Below are positions 47,950 to 63,516 of a stretch of 64,000 bases of DNA, in pieces. Position numbers and translations under genes: made by a program. The stretch spans positions 77,500,001-77,564,000 of the forward strand of contig OZ024742.1 of NCBI GenBank assembly GCA_964016885.1. The letters run 5' to 3'. The stretch comes from Eledone cirrhosa (Eukaryota). Position 1 is the stretch's first letter. The number at the start of each line of letters is the position of its first letter. The notes under the pieces are model-generated. The model was not told where the DNA came from, ran no database searches, and saw nothing but the letters and a program-made list of their open reading frames with translations.

Positions 47950-48141
47950 AATATGGTTCTATAAATATAGTTTCCATTTATTTAATATCATTGAATATTT
48001 ACTCCAGTAAACTGTTAAGTGCTCTAAATCAGTTATAGACATTTATGTTTGTCGGACTTCCAACAAATTAAATACCACTTCTACTTATAAATAGCTCCTT
48101 TAATGTTGAGCACTTTAAATTATAACTGATTGCTAAATAAT

Positions 48142-48327
48142 TGTTTCTACGTTAGGCACAAGGCCAGCAATTACCCAGTGTATTACTGGTACTTTATTTT
48201 ATCGACCCCGGAAGGATGAAAGGCAAAGTTAATCTCGGCGGGATTTAAACTCAGAATGGTAAGGGCCGTAAATCTATGCGCCAAAGCATGGCATCCGACA
48301 CTCTACCAATACTGCCAATCCACCGCC
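48142..48327 (-). mobile_element. Meta-domain-like SINE with 19-bp TSD
   Basis: taactgattgctaaataat at 48123-48141 and 48328-48346. Confidence 0.9.
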
Positions 48328-48344
48328 TAACTGATTGCTAAATA

Positions 48345-50572
48345 ATGGAATTCTTTAGGATTTCTTCTTTTCTAAAAGATGTACCTTTACCTAAGAATAA
48401 GGACTATCTTAAACAACTCATTGAGAAGTCTGACTCCTTTATATGAAAACTTAGATGGCATGCCTTCCATTTCGATAGAAAATCAGATCAAAAAACAAAT
48501 AAATCCAGTTACAACTTCGATATGATGTTCAAATCAAAGAAAAATCCACCTAACAACAAACTATTAATGGAATTTGAAAATGAAATAATATCAATTATAC
48601 AAAACATCAAACTCACGAAAAACCAATTTGCAGGCCAGGAATACATTAGAGGCCTTAAGAATAATACAGACAATCTTGAAAAAACTGAGAAAATCCTCGT
48701 AAAATCTGACAAAACTAACAATCTATACGGAATGCAAAAGGACGAATACAATTACCTTATATTGAAAGAACTAAGGAAAAACTACAAAATAAAAACCAAT
48801 GAAGATCTGGAAATGGTAAATAGAGAAGCTACTGAAATAATTCATAAATTAGGCATTGAAAATAGGACCGAAACCTTTATACCTAGAAAACCAAAATTTA
48901 ACCTGAAAGACTACAAAAGTAACTTTGAAATAGAACTACCAGTCAGACTTATAGCACCATTTAAATCAGACTTAGGCATAGTTAGTAAATATATATTAGA
49001 TAGAATCATACCGCCACTTAAAGAAATATCTTACCTAAAACTATGGAACGGTACTAACGAGGTTATAGATTGGTTCAATAACATAACATTTAAACATAAC
49101 AAAAAATTCATTCAAATGGATATTGCAAACCACTACTCCTCCATTACTCCTAATTTACTTAATAAAGCCCTTATCTATGCATCTAAACATACATATTTAT
49201 CTAGCGAAGAAATGCATATCATTTTCACCGCGGGAAACACTTTAATTGAATTCAACATTCATCTCTGGCCTAGAGCTGATATAAAAAATAATTTTGATAT
49301 CACCATGGGGTCATCTGACTCGGCGCAAATAACGGATCTTGTGGGGCTATTTATTTATAATACACTACATAGAAAAATAACAGAGATGACCGGTGGTTTA
49401 TATCGTGATGGTATGCTGCTTTTAATTGAAAATCATAGTAATTGTGAAATTAATAGAAAAAGAAAATCGATAATACAATTTTTCAATAGCTACAATCTTA
49501 ATTTAGAAATAGAGAATAACTATAAAATTGTTAACTTTTTAGACGTAACATTAAACCTTAACACAGGGCTCTACTATCCATTCCATAAAATTAATGAGAA
49601 TCTAAACTATGTAACTTTTAACTCTAATCATCCTAGATCTATCAAGAACACTATTGTAAATTCTATCAAACAACGTATTTCACGCATCTCCGCTAATAAA
49701 AACAGTGTTGACGATAAGGCAGAATATTATAATATTATAGAGCAGGCTATATACATAAGATTAAATACATCGGCAACAGTGATAAGTGAAATAACCCTAC
49801 TATTAATTATAATTACAATAAAAAATCTAACTTAAACTCTAAAAGTAACAGAAGAAATAGAACTAGAACTATTATTTGGTACTCACGCCCTTCTCATTAA
49901 GCGTTAAAACACCTTTAACTAAGCTATTCTTTAAAGCACTAGATAAATGTTTTCCAAAAGCCCATAGATACCACTCAATCTTTAACAGACATACAATAAA
50001 ACTATCTTATTCTACTACTATGAACATAGCACAACTATAAATAGAATCAATAATAGAAATTTAAACCATAACCAAAATAGCAGTAATATCTCTAGCTATA
50101 TCCAACATAATAGTACCGTTCCGAATAACATCAACTCCGCTAAATGTAAATGTAGAATTAAATCAAACTGTCCTTTAAAACATAAGTGCTTAGATAAGAA
50201 CGTCGTCTATAAATGCACAGTCAAAACCAATGATAATATATTTAACTATGTAGGTTCAACTTCTACAGACTTTAAAAGTCGTTGGAATAATCACAAATGC
50301 TCTTTCCGAAAACTTGATAAAAAATCTTCAACTTCTCATCAAACCTGATATGTAACTTAAAATGCAAAAATATGGACTATTCTTTAACTTGGGAAATAAT
50401 TTCGAAAGCACCTGCCTACCGAAACACAGCTTTATCTAGATTTTGTAAATTGTGTGTTGAGGAAATTTTCTTCATACTTAAATGTAAGAACTCTATTAAT
50501 GTACGAACTAATTTATTTAGTTCTTGTAAACATCGCCTAAATTCAACGTTTAGAATTATATATAAATTATAA
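48345..50572 (+). pseudogene. PLE reverse transcriptase / GIY-YIG endonuclease, disrupted
   Basis: MEFFRISSFLKDVPLP...LRW; KSDKT; PVRLI; FIQMDIANHYSSI; FDITMGS; GLYRDG (catalytic D>G); NFLDVTLNL; CKCR..CPL..KC...VVYKC...YVGST; CKLC...CKH. Stop near 48443 and several frameshifts. Confidence 0.92.
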
Positions 50573-51901
50573 TTACACTTATAATATTTCTACTTATTTC
50601 CATAACAATCTTATCCACTCTGTTTTAATATATTGTTATAACTAAATCATATATATATTTGCTATAATTTTACTTCCTAAAATTTCTTAAAATACATATA
50701 CGATCCTAACTTTTAAATTTTTTAACTTTTAAATTTTAATTTTTAATTTTAATTTTAATATTTTTTTAAGGTTTTTTTTTAAATTCTTTATTTTTATATT
50801 TATTTTTTATTTCTTAAATTTTTCATATATTTTAAAAAAATTATTTATTTTTAAAAATTACTTATATTTTTTTTTATTTACTTACTTCTTATAAATTATT
50901 TTTTTTAAATTTTCCCGAATTTTTATATTTTTTAATAAAATTTGTTAATATATTTTATTAGATTTATAACCACTAACTAATTCAGTGTAAATATATCTTT
51001 CAACATTTATATCTTTAACATTTATACTTATTTTGAATAATAGTCTCATACTAACGAATAAATAAACAAAACTGGAATTTTTTTCCATATCTTCCCAATT
51101 TATAATATATAAATATAAATATTCTTATTAACTCAGTTAACTTAATTACTTACATTAAATATAAACCTATATCCCGCATAACTCATTAAAACAATTATCT
51201 ATAACACGATATACCCATCTATCTATTTATCTATTTATTGATTTATTTTTCTATTTTATTTATTTTTCTATCTATCTATTTTTCTATCTATTTATTTTTC
51301 CATATATTTTTCTAGCTAATTTTATATCTATTTATTTTTCTATCTACTTATAACAGTAAATATTATATTAGAAAATAATTTTAACAACTAAATAATTGTA
51401 AATATACGTACCATTAGTAGATGTATACTTAAAATGTATTCCCCCATATTAACGTTACATTAGTTCTATTCATCCTCTTGTTAATTTATTCTCTCTATCT
51501 CTCTCGTAATATTAATATTGTTTCTCTCTCTCTTTCTTCTCTCTCTTTCTCCAGTGTCATTTAAATAAACGGTTGTTTTTCAATTATTTACATATTCATT
51601 TGCATATTCACACATAAGTTTGAATAATCCCTAATATATTTCCACTATCTAATGAGTATCCAACCGATAAGGTATGATTTTCATGGGTACGTCTCTATTT
51701 ATGAAACAAACTTTGTATTTTATCTGATAAAAGCGTACCAAAGTTGCCTTGAAATATATATGATTAAATAAATATGGTTTTATAAATATAGTTTCCATTT
51801 AATATCATTGAATATTTACTCCAGTAAACTGTTGAGTGCTCTAAAACAGTTATAAACATTTATGCTTGTCGATCTTCCAACAAATTAAATCAACTTCTAC
51901 T

Positions 51902-51939
<38 letters not shown>

Positions 51940-52088
51940 AATGCGTGTGTATATATATGTGTGTGTGTGAATGCGCGTGTATATATATATGTGTGTGTGT
52001 CTATAGCCAGGCACCCACACACATATATATATATACACACATATATATACACACACATATATATATACACACATACATGCATATGTAT

Positions 52089-52132
<44 letters not shown>

Positions 52133-53049
52133 TCATATATATATATACAAACTCACACCTATATATATATGGGCCTTCCAATTTCATTTCACATTATATA
52201 TATGTCCGTGTATATTTTAATTATTTAAAAATCATTATGAAGTGAAGATGATTTTTTAAATATATCTTGAAGTGAACGTGACTCAACAGTTGGTCACGGT
52301 TGGTCCAGTTTCATATACAACCACCAATGTTGTCATCAATTAACACCAAGTTGCGTCATCGACAAACATTGAAATCAATATATGTAATATTCTATGTTAA
52401 TTAATTTAACATACACTGTCTAACGCTAGTCCCACCATAGAAAAGAGGCTACTAGAAATTCGGCTGAAAAGTTCATAGGCTGTTTTTGCAGGATTGTTGC
52501 TAGGTCTGTGAAATCGTGAAACCATTAATTTTAACTCTTTTTATTAATATTTGCATTGTTTCTTTCCAGGGAATATGTTTAAAAATATACCTCATTTGGT
52601 CATTTCATGAGAATATCTTGGTCAGCCTATAAATATACATACATACATACATGCTACATACATACATGTTTACATGTACATATGATGGCTGCCCTCTCAT
52701 TATCGAGTATGACCATTGCACGATATACCATTATTAATAATTATTGATTAATTCTATCGTGCAATGCCTGTGCGTGAAGATTTTTTTTAAATGGAGAAAG
52801 TCTGTGCACTGAGCCAATCATGAGTGACAGTAGCTATAACTCGAAAAGAAGAAAAGATCAACATCATCAGTAACTACTGAGCCACAGTGTTTATGTTGGA
52901 GTTATCCCAGTTTCCTGAGTTGCCTTCTCCAAGAAGAATGCCCTGACAAAGGCTAGAGGCCCTTCACTCCGAGTGGTTTAACCACACAATCGGGTATCCA
53001 GCCCGATTATTTCTATATCCTCGCACATATACATACACATGCACACATG

Positions 53050-53587
<538 letters not shown>

Positions 53588-53672
53588 GGAGGTGAGCTTT
53601 ATTGTAGCACAATAAAGCAATGCAATTATCGTATAAGTAGCACTCAACAGTTTATTGGACTGGAGTATATAT

Positions 53673-53999
53673 AAGAAGAAATTATAAGATGGTTAGAAAA
53701 GCTCCATGTATTTTATTATGCGCATTTCAAAAACAAATATCATCCAGGGACGAGATTTGCGTTCTCATCAGATAAAATAGGGAGACATGTGAAAAAAGAC
53801 ACTTGTGAGGAAGGTAGTGTCTAAAAAAAATATGTTGTTTGGACACTAACTTGCTCACAAGTGTCTTTTTTAAGCTTCATATCATGTCTCCCTATTTTAT
53901 CTGATGAGAACGCAAATATCGTCCCTGGATGATATTTGTATTTGAAATGCGCATAATTAAATACATGGAACTTTTCTAACCATCTTTTAATTTCTTCTT
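53673..53999. mobile_element. Fully palindromic element with two divergent hammerheads (minus 53709-53779, plus 53893-53963)
   Basis: tattttat CTGATGA gaacgcaaat..atttgt.ttt GAAA tgcgca TA at(a/t)aaata on both strands. Confidence 0.85.
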
Positions 54000-54024
54000 C
54001 TTATATATATATATATATATATAC

Positions 54025-54379
54025 GATATTAATAAATGGAAACTATATTTATAAAACCATATTTATTTTATTATATATATTTCAAGGGTACCAACATTGT
54101 TTTACGCTCCCATCAGATAAAATACAGCATTTGTTTCATGAATGGTGACATACCCAAGAAATCAGACCTTATCCAAACTGAACCATTTATAAAATAAATG
54201 TTGTATTTTATCTAATGAGACCATACCAACATGTTGGTACCCTTGAAATATATATAATAAAATAAATATAGTTTCCATTTATTAATATTATTGATATTAT
54301 ACTCCAGAGATCTTGTAGAGTGCTTCGAATTTGTTATAAATAAATTTGTTGAATAACCAACAAATTAAATATGTCTTTG

Positions 54380-54380
<1 letters not shown>
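54025..54380. mobile_element. Inverted pair of pLTR-type sequences with mutated hammerheads (CTGATGG / CTAATGA)
   Basis: Homologous to 47850-48080; arms 54025-54145 and 54182-54290. Confidence 0.75.
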
Positions 54381-54416
<36 letters not shown>

Positions 54417-54570
54417 AGGGAGTAACCCTACAGGGGACCGACGAGCCGCGGATTACAGAGTCGGGTAAGATCGATACAGATCGAATCTTCAGCTGATCAG
54501 TGGCGAAAGGCTCGTCACCAACCTGTAAATGTAATGAAGGAGTAACTAATCGTCCTTGTTATCTTTTCAC

Positions 54571-54649
<79 letters not shown>

Positions 54650-54672
54650 GTATATATATATATATGTATATA

Positions 54673-54801
<129 letters not shown>

Positions 54802-54840
54802 ATATTAAATAAATGGAAACTATATTTATAAAACCATATT

Positions 54841-54901
54841 TATTCTATTATATATATTTCAAGGATACCAACACTTTGGTACGTTCTCATCAGATAAAAT
54901 A
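54841..54901 (-). ncRNA. Hammerhead ribozyme in a solo pLTR-type element (54800-54970)
   Basis: Reverse complement reads tattttat CTGATGA gaacgtacca aagtgt tggtatcctt GAAA tatata TA atagaata. Confidence 0.75.
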
Positions 54902-54965
54902 CAAAGTTTGTTTTATAAATATTGACATAACCAGGAAGAAGAACTAAACGGTTCAAGCTTTTCCT

Positions 54966-55010
<45 letters not shown>

Positions 55011-55164
55011 ATGATATTAAGGATACTATTTATGGTTATCTATATATTAAAACTTTTTATAGTTATGTATATTTTAAACCCTAAACAGTGAAGGTCATTA
55101 ATTTATTACTATCTTATTACCAATAAGATAAATAGCTCAATGTAATAAAATCAGTTGTTCTACA

Positions 55165-55605
55165 GAATTCACAAGAATCAAAGCTATGTTCAAAGCATTT
55201 ATTCACGTACAATTGTTTCATCCAAACCCTACGCTTGGAGTCTTCGGTGCATTTTTCAATGTTTGTACACATAATTGACCTCCTTTCCAACGCAAGAGAC
55301 ATACATATACATATATATATTTTGATGTACAGTTGAGTGACATATATTATACTATACTATTTTTGTACAGCAATTCAAATTTAAAATCAAAATCAAAATT
55401 AAAATTAAAATCAAAATTAAAATACATTCGGCAGATAACACAGATAATATATATATATATGTATCTGTATGTCTCTTGCGTTGGAAGGGAGATCAATTAT
55501 GTGTACAAACATTGAAAAATGCTCCGAAGACCCCAAGCCTAGGTTTGGATGAAACAATGGTAAGTGAATAAATGCTTTGAACATAGCTTTGATTCTTGTG
55601 AATTC
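55165..55605. repeat. Inverted repeat (~155-bp arms) with variant hammerhead cores CCGAAGA
   Basis: Arms 55165-55320 and 55448-55605; tgct CCGAAGA ccccaagcctaggtttggat GAAA caatggTA agtg at 55520-55566. Confidence 0.8.
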
Positions 55606-55606
55606 G

Positions 55607-55648
<42 letters not shown>

Positions 55649-55800
55649 TTCAAGTTATCGATAATGTAGTGATAATATATGGTCACGTTAGAGATGAACA
55701 GCGTACGTGTAGGTTTGCTCACGAGTATAAATTATATTCTGGAGAAAATGTAGAAAAGACGCATATAAAATGAAAGTGCTTTTATAAAGGAATTTATTAG

Positions 55801-55920
55801 GTATTGACATATGTTTCTGTAACAGACGGAATACCTATGTATCGCTGCTTGCGTAATCATATAATGTTAGTAAGTATTCGATAGAAAATGTATAATCAGT
55901 TGTCACGTCTTCAGAGATAC
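55801..55920 (-). ncRNA. Type I hammerhead with ~90-nt stem II
   Basis: Reverse complement reads gtatct CTGAAGA cgtgaca...tgttaca GAAA catatg TC aatac. Confidence 0.65.
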
Positions 55921-56239
55921 TGGATAAATTGGAAAAAATCAGAAAAACCAAAGTATTTATATTAGTTGTAAGAAAGGAAGAAGAGAAGGGATAGTAAATG
56001 ACAGATGGCAATTCAATTTGCTGGTAAACATGTATATAAGATTTTTAATAAGAATACAATGAGTATATGGCTTATTTTATCTAAATAAGAATTTTTGGGA
56101 GTGCCTATTTTAATCTATATTTGACCAATTGAACAATGCTAGTTCGTCTTAGTGCAGTACACAACAGAGTCGCAGTTCAATTTCTGTAGACGGTTATGTG
56201 TTTTCTTCTGATTTATTCCTCAAGTATACATGTATTATT

Positions 56240-56430
56240 TGGCGGTGGATTGGCAGTATTAGTAGAGGAACGGACACCTTGCTTTGACGCATAGAGTTAC
56301 GGCCCTTGCCATTCTGAGTTCAAATCCAGCCGAGGTTAACTTTGTCATTCATCCTTACGGGGTCGATAAAATAAAGTACCAGTAATGCACTGGGTGATTG
56401 CTGGCCTTGTGCCAAATGTAGAAACAATTA
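56240..56430 (+). mobile_element. Meta-domain-like SINE, near full length (another copy at 56826-57010)
   Basis: tggcggtggattggcag...gagttcaaatc...ggggtcgataaaataaagtaccag...gtagaaacaatt. Confidence 0.85.
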
Positions 56431-57174
56431 TTTAGGTTTATGAAGAAAAATGTTTATCATTTATAATATACACTGACTGAAACAAACAAAAGTATATATG
56501 TGTTTGATAGATATATGCATATAGACGTTCAGATATAAGGAATTGTAAAAGACAGAAATTGTTTCTGACGAGAGATCGTTCGTGAGATGAATCAGTTAAA
56601 ACAAAGGAAGGGGGAGGTTGAAAATTCTAGGGCGAAAAGAAAATGAAACAGTGTTTCAACTTTTGCACAAAGCTCTGTGTCGGTATATGTGTATGCGCGC
56701 GCGCGCGTGTGTGTGAATGTCTGCGTGTGTGAAAGTCAGGAAGAGGGATGGTGTAAAAACAATGCTCTCTGTGAATGTATGTCTCCAAAGGAAAATGAAC
56801 TGGTGAGTAAATACTTATCATCATTGTGGATTGGCAGTATCGGTAGAGGGTCCGACGCCATGCTTTGCAGCACAGTTACGTCCCTTCACGGATTGAGTTC
56901 AAATCCCGCCGAGGTTAACTTTGCCTTTCATACTTACGGGGTCGATAAATAAAGTACCAGTAATACACTTGTTTAATTGTTGGCCTTGTGCCAAAAGTAG
57001 AAACAATTATTGTCATCAACATTGTCATCATCATCATCATCATCATCATTGTCATCATCGTTGTCATTATCATTGCCATCATCATTATCTCCATCATCAT
57101 CATCACCACCATTTTCGTTATCACCAATACATCATCATCGTCTTAAGATTCTATCAAAGGAGAGTATGGCAATT

Positions 57175-58140
57175 GGAACATACGGTGGTAAGATACGGAA
57201 TTTCGGAGCTAGGGTGCCGCACTATGGCACTGGGGACCTTCAAGGACACAGTATGGAAATATGGAGCTAGGGTGACCCTTGTGGCACTGGGGAGGTAGGA
57301 CGGAAAAATACGGCACTTTGGAGCTAGGGTCCTGCAATATGACACTGTGGGTCTAGGGTGATACACTATGGGACTGGGGAGCTTAAGTGCCACCGTATAG
57401 AAATATTGAGCTAGGGAGACCCCCTATGGCAATGGGGAGATAGTGTGGGAAAATATGGCACGTTTAAGCTAATGTGCTGATCTATGGCACAGTGGGACGG
57501 GGTAGCCTCAGTGACACAGTGTGGAATATGGAGCTAGGGTGACCCCTTATGGCAATGGGGACACAGGGTGGAAATATACGGCACTTCAGAGCTAGGGTGC
57601 CGCAGTATGGCACTGTGTAGCTAGGGTGGCACACTAGGGAAACGGGGAGCTTCAGTGACAGTTTGTAAATATGGAGATATGGTGATCACCCATGGTAATG
57701 GGGAGATAGCATTGGAAATATGGCACTTTTAAGCTAGGGTTTCACACTATGGCACTGCGGAGCTTGGGTGGAAACTATTGCCTAGGGAAATTTGAGTGAC
57801 ACAGTGTGAAATAAGGAGATAGGGTGACGCACTATGCTAATGGGGAGATAGGTTGGAAAACTACGACTCATTTAAGCTAGGGTACCGCACTATGGCACTG
57901 CGGAGCTAGGGTATCACAATATATAATTGGGGAGCTTCAGTACCACACTATAGAAATATGGAGCTAGGGTGCCCCCTATAACAATAGGAAGACGGTGTTG
58001 GAAAATATAAAACTTTGAACCTAGGGTGCCGCTCTAAGGCACGTCGGTGCTATGGAACTAGGAAGTTTCAGTACCACAGTATAAGAATATGGAGCTAGGG
58101 TGACTCCTATGGCAAAGGGGAGATAGGATGGACTTCGGAT
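57175..58140. repeat. Degenerate GC-richer tandem repeat (core ggagctagggtg..cactatggcact/aatgggga)
   Basis: The core recurs about 20 times at roughly 30-60-bp spacing. Confidence 0.85.
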
Positions 58141-58577
58141 CTAGTTAACTAATAAATCATGTATTTATTTCATTGTTCAACAGTATATACACACATACAT
58201 ACATGGTGGCTGCCAACTCGTTTTCGAGTACGGCCACTACTTTATATCCATGTCGGAGAACCCCTACCGATGGGCTGAACGAGTGTGACATTTTAGTTCA
58301 GCCAGCGACTTCAAAACTCTGGTACAACGACTACACTTGTGACAATTACTTACACATAGTGCTTGGCCCATGGTACCATGTGACGACAAGTGCAGAGAGA
58401 TCTCCAGATGTAAAGCAATGCCTGTGCCGTGAAGCTTTGATAGTGAGCAATGGCACTGCACAAAGCCAGTCCCACTCTCTTAACCAAGATAATATTTACC
58501 AAAAAGAAGAACAAGTCAATATCATTGGATACCATCAGGGTTGCATACATACATATATACATACATACATACGTGTG

Positions 58578-58694
<117 letters not shown>

Positions 58695-58739
58695 AGATCG
58701 AAAGATGGTTAAAAGAGTTCCAAGTATTTTATTATGCGC

Positions 58740-58777
<38 letters not shown>

Positions 58778-58780
<3 letters not shown>

Positions 58781-60240
58781 GTTTACATATATATATATAA
58801 AGTCATATATATATATATATATATGTGTTTTGCAACAGGTCACGTTGTGGCTCAATGAAAAATGAATAAATTAAATAATCAGAGCTATATAACATAAAAT
58901 ATGACTTTAGAATTACTAGATATAATATATACCATTTCCTCTCCCAATTAGCATAATTAACCATATAAAAAATCAATTAGACCAAGCTATAAGAATAAAG
59001 GCTCCTATGAAGAAATCTCTGACAAATAACCGAAAGCAGCCCCTTCGCGGTGTCTACGATAGAGTATGTATGTAACATTTCGACAGCATGTAAAAATCGA
59101 CCAGATATACAGTCAACTAAACACAATTAGGTGTAAAATTGAACTTAGAAGAATTGCGTACATACCTAATTACCTCTACCATGGTTTCATCCGTTTTTAA
59201 GACATCCGATAACGGAATATCCAGAGCTTCGGAATCATCAGGAGCGAACTCAAAATTAGACATTTTATTTTCCAAAGAGATCGCGCCAAAAATACATTAA
59301 AAAATGGCTAAGAATCGTGACGTGGCAGCGGTCAAGTTAGATAGGATGTGATTAGTTGTATATCTGGTCGATTTTTACATGCTGTCGAAATGTTAGATAA
59401 ATACTCTATCGTAGCCACCGCGAAGGGGCTGCTTGCGGTTATTTGTCGGAGATTTCTTCATAGGAGCCTTTATTCTTATAGCTTGGCTAATTGATTTTTT
59501 ACATGGTTAATTATGCTAATTGGGAGAGGAAATTGTATATATTATATCTAGTAATTCTAAAGACATATTTTATGATATATAGCTCTGATTATTTAATTTA
59601 TTAATTTTTCATTGAGCCACGACGTGAGCTGTTGCAAAACACATATATATCTATGACTTTTTATATATATATGTAAAACTTTATATGTAATAATCTCCCG
59701 TTAGGTTAAGATACAATTTGGTGGTATTAGGCTGCGCTTTCTAGCAATAAGCCTACCCGCGGTAAGCAACTAATCACATCCTTTCTAAATTGACCGCTGC
59801 CACGTCACGATTCTTAGCCATTTTTTTATGTATTTTGGCGCGATCACTTTGGAAAATTAAATGTCTAATTTTGAGTTCGCCCCTGATGATTCCGAAGCAC
59901 TGGACATTCCGTTGTCGGATGTCTTAAAATACGGATGAAACCATGGTAGAGGTAATTAGGTAAGTACGCAATTCTTCTAAGTTCAATTTTACACCTAATT
60001 GTGTTTAGTTGACTGTATATGTGGTCAATTTGTACATGCTGTCGAAATGTTAGATAAAAACTCTATCGTAGCCCCCGCGAAGGGGCTGCTTTCGGTTATT
60101 TGTCGGAGATTTCTTCATAGGAGCCTTTATTCTTATAGCTTGGTCTAATTGATTTTTTATATGGTTAATTATGATAATTGGGAGAGGAAATGGTATATAT
60201 TATATCTGGTAATTCTAAAGACATATTTTATGATATATAT
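58778..60240. mobile_element. ~657-bp hammerhead-containing unit: inverted copy followed by 1.3 tandem copies; HHRs at 59174-59244 (-) and 59880-59951 (+)
   Basis: ctc CTGATGA ttccg...cggat GAAA ccatgg TA gag; direct repeat at ~59358/60015; 58778-59358 is the reverse complement of the unit. Confidence 0.85.
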
Positions 60241-60498
60241 ATATATTAGTTATGTAATAAACAACATAAGATAAGTATTTCATTTACCAGTGGTTTCTTG
60301 AAAGCAAACAAAGTTTGCTTTAAGTCATCAAAATGAAAAAATCCTGGTGTATTTATTGACTGAGGATTTTAAAAACAAAAACATATTCTATATAAAAGTG
60401 AGGCTGGAAAAGGAAGATGGAAAGGAAAAAGAATAAATATAAAAGTAGTTAAACACACACGCACACACACATACACACACGCACACACACATATACAT

Positions 60499-60543
<45 letters not shown>

Positions 60544-60993
60544 CACTCATATATACACATACATATATATATATATATCCATACATACACATACACATAA
60601 ATACACAAACACACACACATACATGTATATATATATATATATATACACACACATAATCATACATATATAAACACATACATACACACAGATACATACACAC
60701 ATATATACACGCATACATACGCACACACATATATAGATATATGTACACACACCTTCATACGCACACACATAATTAATTATAAGAAAAAATAAGAATAAAA
60801 AACAATGGACAACCATATAATGCAATAGGCCGTCACGTAAAAATAAAAAATATACATCTTAAGAAAATAAAAATTATTATGAAAGGACACAAATAAATAA
60901 ACAAACACACGTGGTAAGCAATACACACATTTACACATACACATACATACATATAAATATATGCATACAGACGCACACACATACACACACATT

Positions 60994-61029
<36 letters not shown>

Positions 61030-61055
61030 CAGACGCACACAGATACACACACATT

Positions 61056-61445
<390 letters not shown>

Positions 61446-61829
61446 ATATATATATAAATAAAAATAAATAAACAAATAAATAAATAAATAAACAGACTAA
61501 ATAAAGATGGCGTAGGCATACAATGCAACGGAAGGGAACATAATAGCACCACTGACGATGTTGCAGATGTGCAACGAAAGAACTTTGATAGACTATATAT
61601 ATATGTGTTTGTGTCTATATTGTATCTATAATTTTGACCGTTGGTCAGTCAATGGTAACATTGAGGACCGAATAAATTAAATTAACCGATATAAAAGACA
61701 CACAAGCGAAAACCAACCAAACAGTGAGTGTGTTCTGTTATTAATTCTGGCAATATTATTTCACAAATAAGACCCTTCCCAAGTATAACAATATATATAT
61801 ATATATATATATATAAATGGAAAAGATTA

Positions 61830-63142
<1,313 letters not shown>

Positions 63143-63230
63143 GTATTTTAAAGAGTTCCTTTGAGCACATTATTTACAGGGAATAGCGAGGGCCTATGCC
63201 TCCGATAATTTATCGTGATACATATATATA

Positions 63231-63301
<71 letters not shown>

Positions 63302-63377
63302 CGAAGGAAATGTGGTAAGGAACCAGGTGGACCATAACGCACCAAAGTACTCAATACTTGAGGTAGTAGAGTGGGTA

Positions 63378-63467
63378 ATAGGAACCAGTAAGACCCCGAC
63401 AGCTGAGCTCAAGCCGTTTCGACCCGGTCGAAACGGCTTGAGCTCAGCTGTCGGGGTCTTACTGGTT

Positions 63468-63472
<5 letters not shown>
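63378..63472. repeat. Perfect 47-bp-arm palindrome at the end of a dispersed repeat
   Basis: Centre at 63425 (gtttcgacc-c-ggtcgaaac). Confidence 0.92.

Positions 63473-63516
<44 letters not shown>

Larger units (their letters stand above)
47540..51904 (+). mobile_element. Near full-length Penelope-like element with direct pseudo-LTRs (47540-48089, 51371-51904), probably Naiad-type
   Basis: ~540-bp direct repeats flank an RT + GIY-YIG ORF and the element abuts (TA)n/(GA)n tracts. The clade assignment rests on recalled motifs (GLYRDDG, IIW..PP, CxC..C, CxLC..CxH) and is tentative. Confidence 0.92.

Noticed and set aside
48443-48447. In-frame TGA as selenocysteine (reported for some Naiad PLEs)
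   Set aside because: It falls where Arg/Lys is expected (FI*KLRW), not at a Cys position, and the ORF is otherwise decayed.
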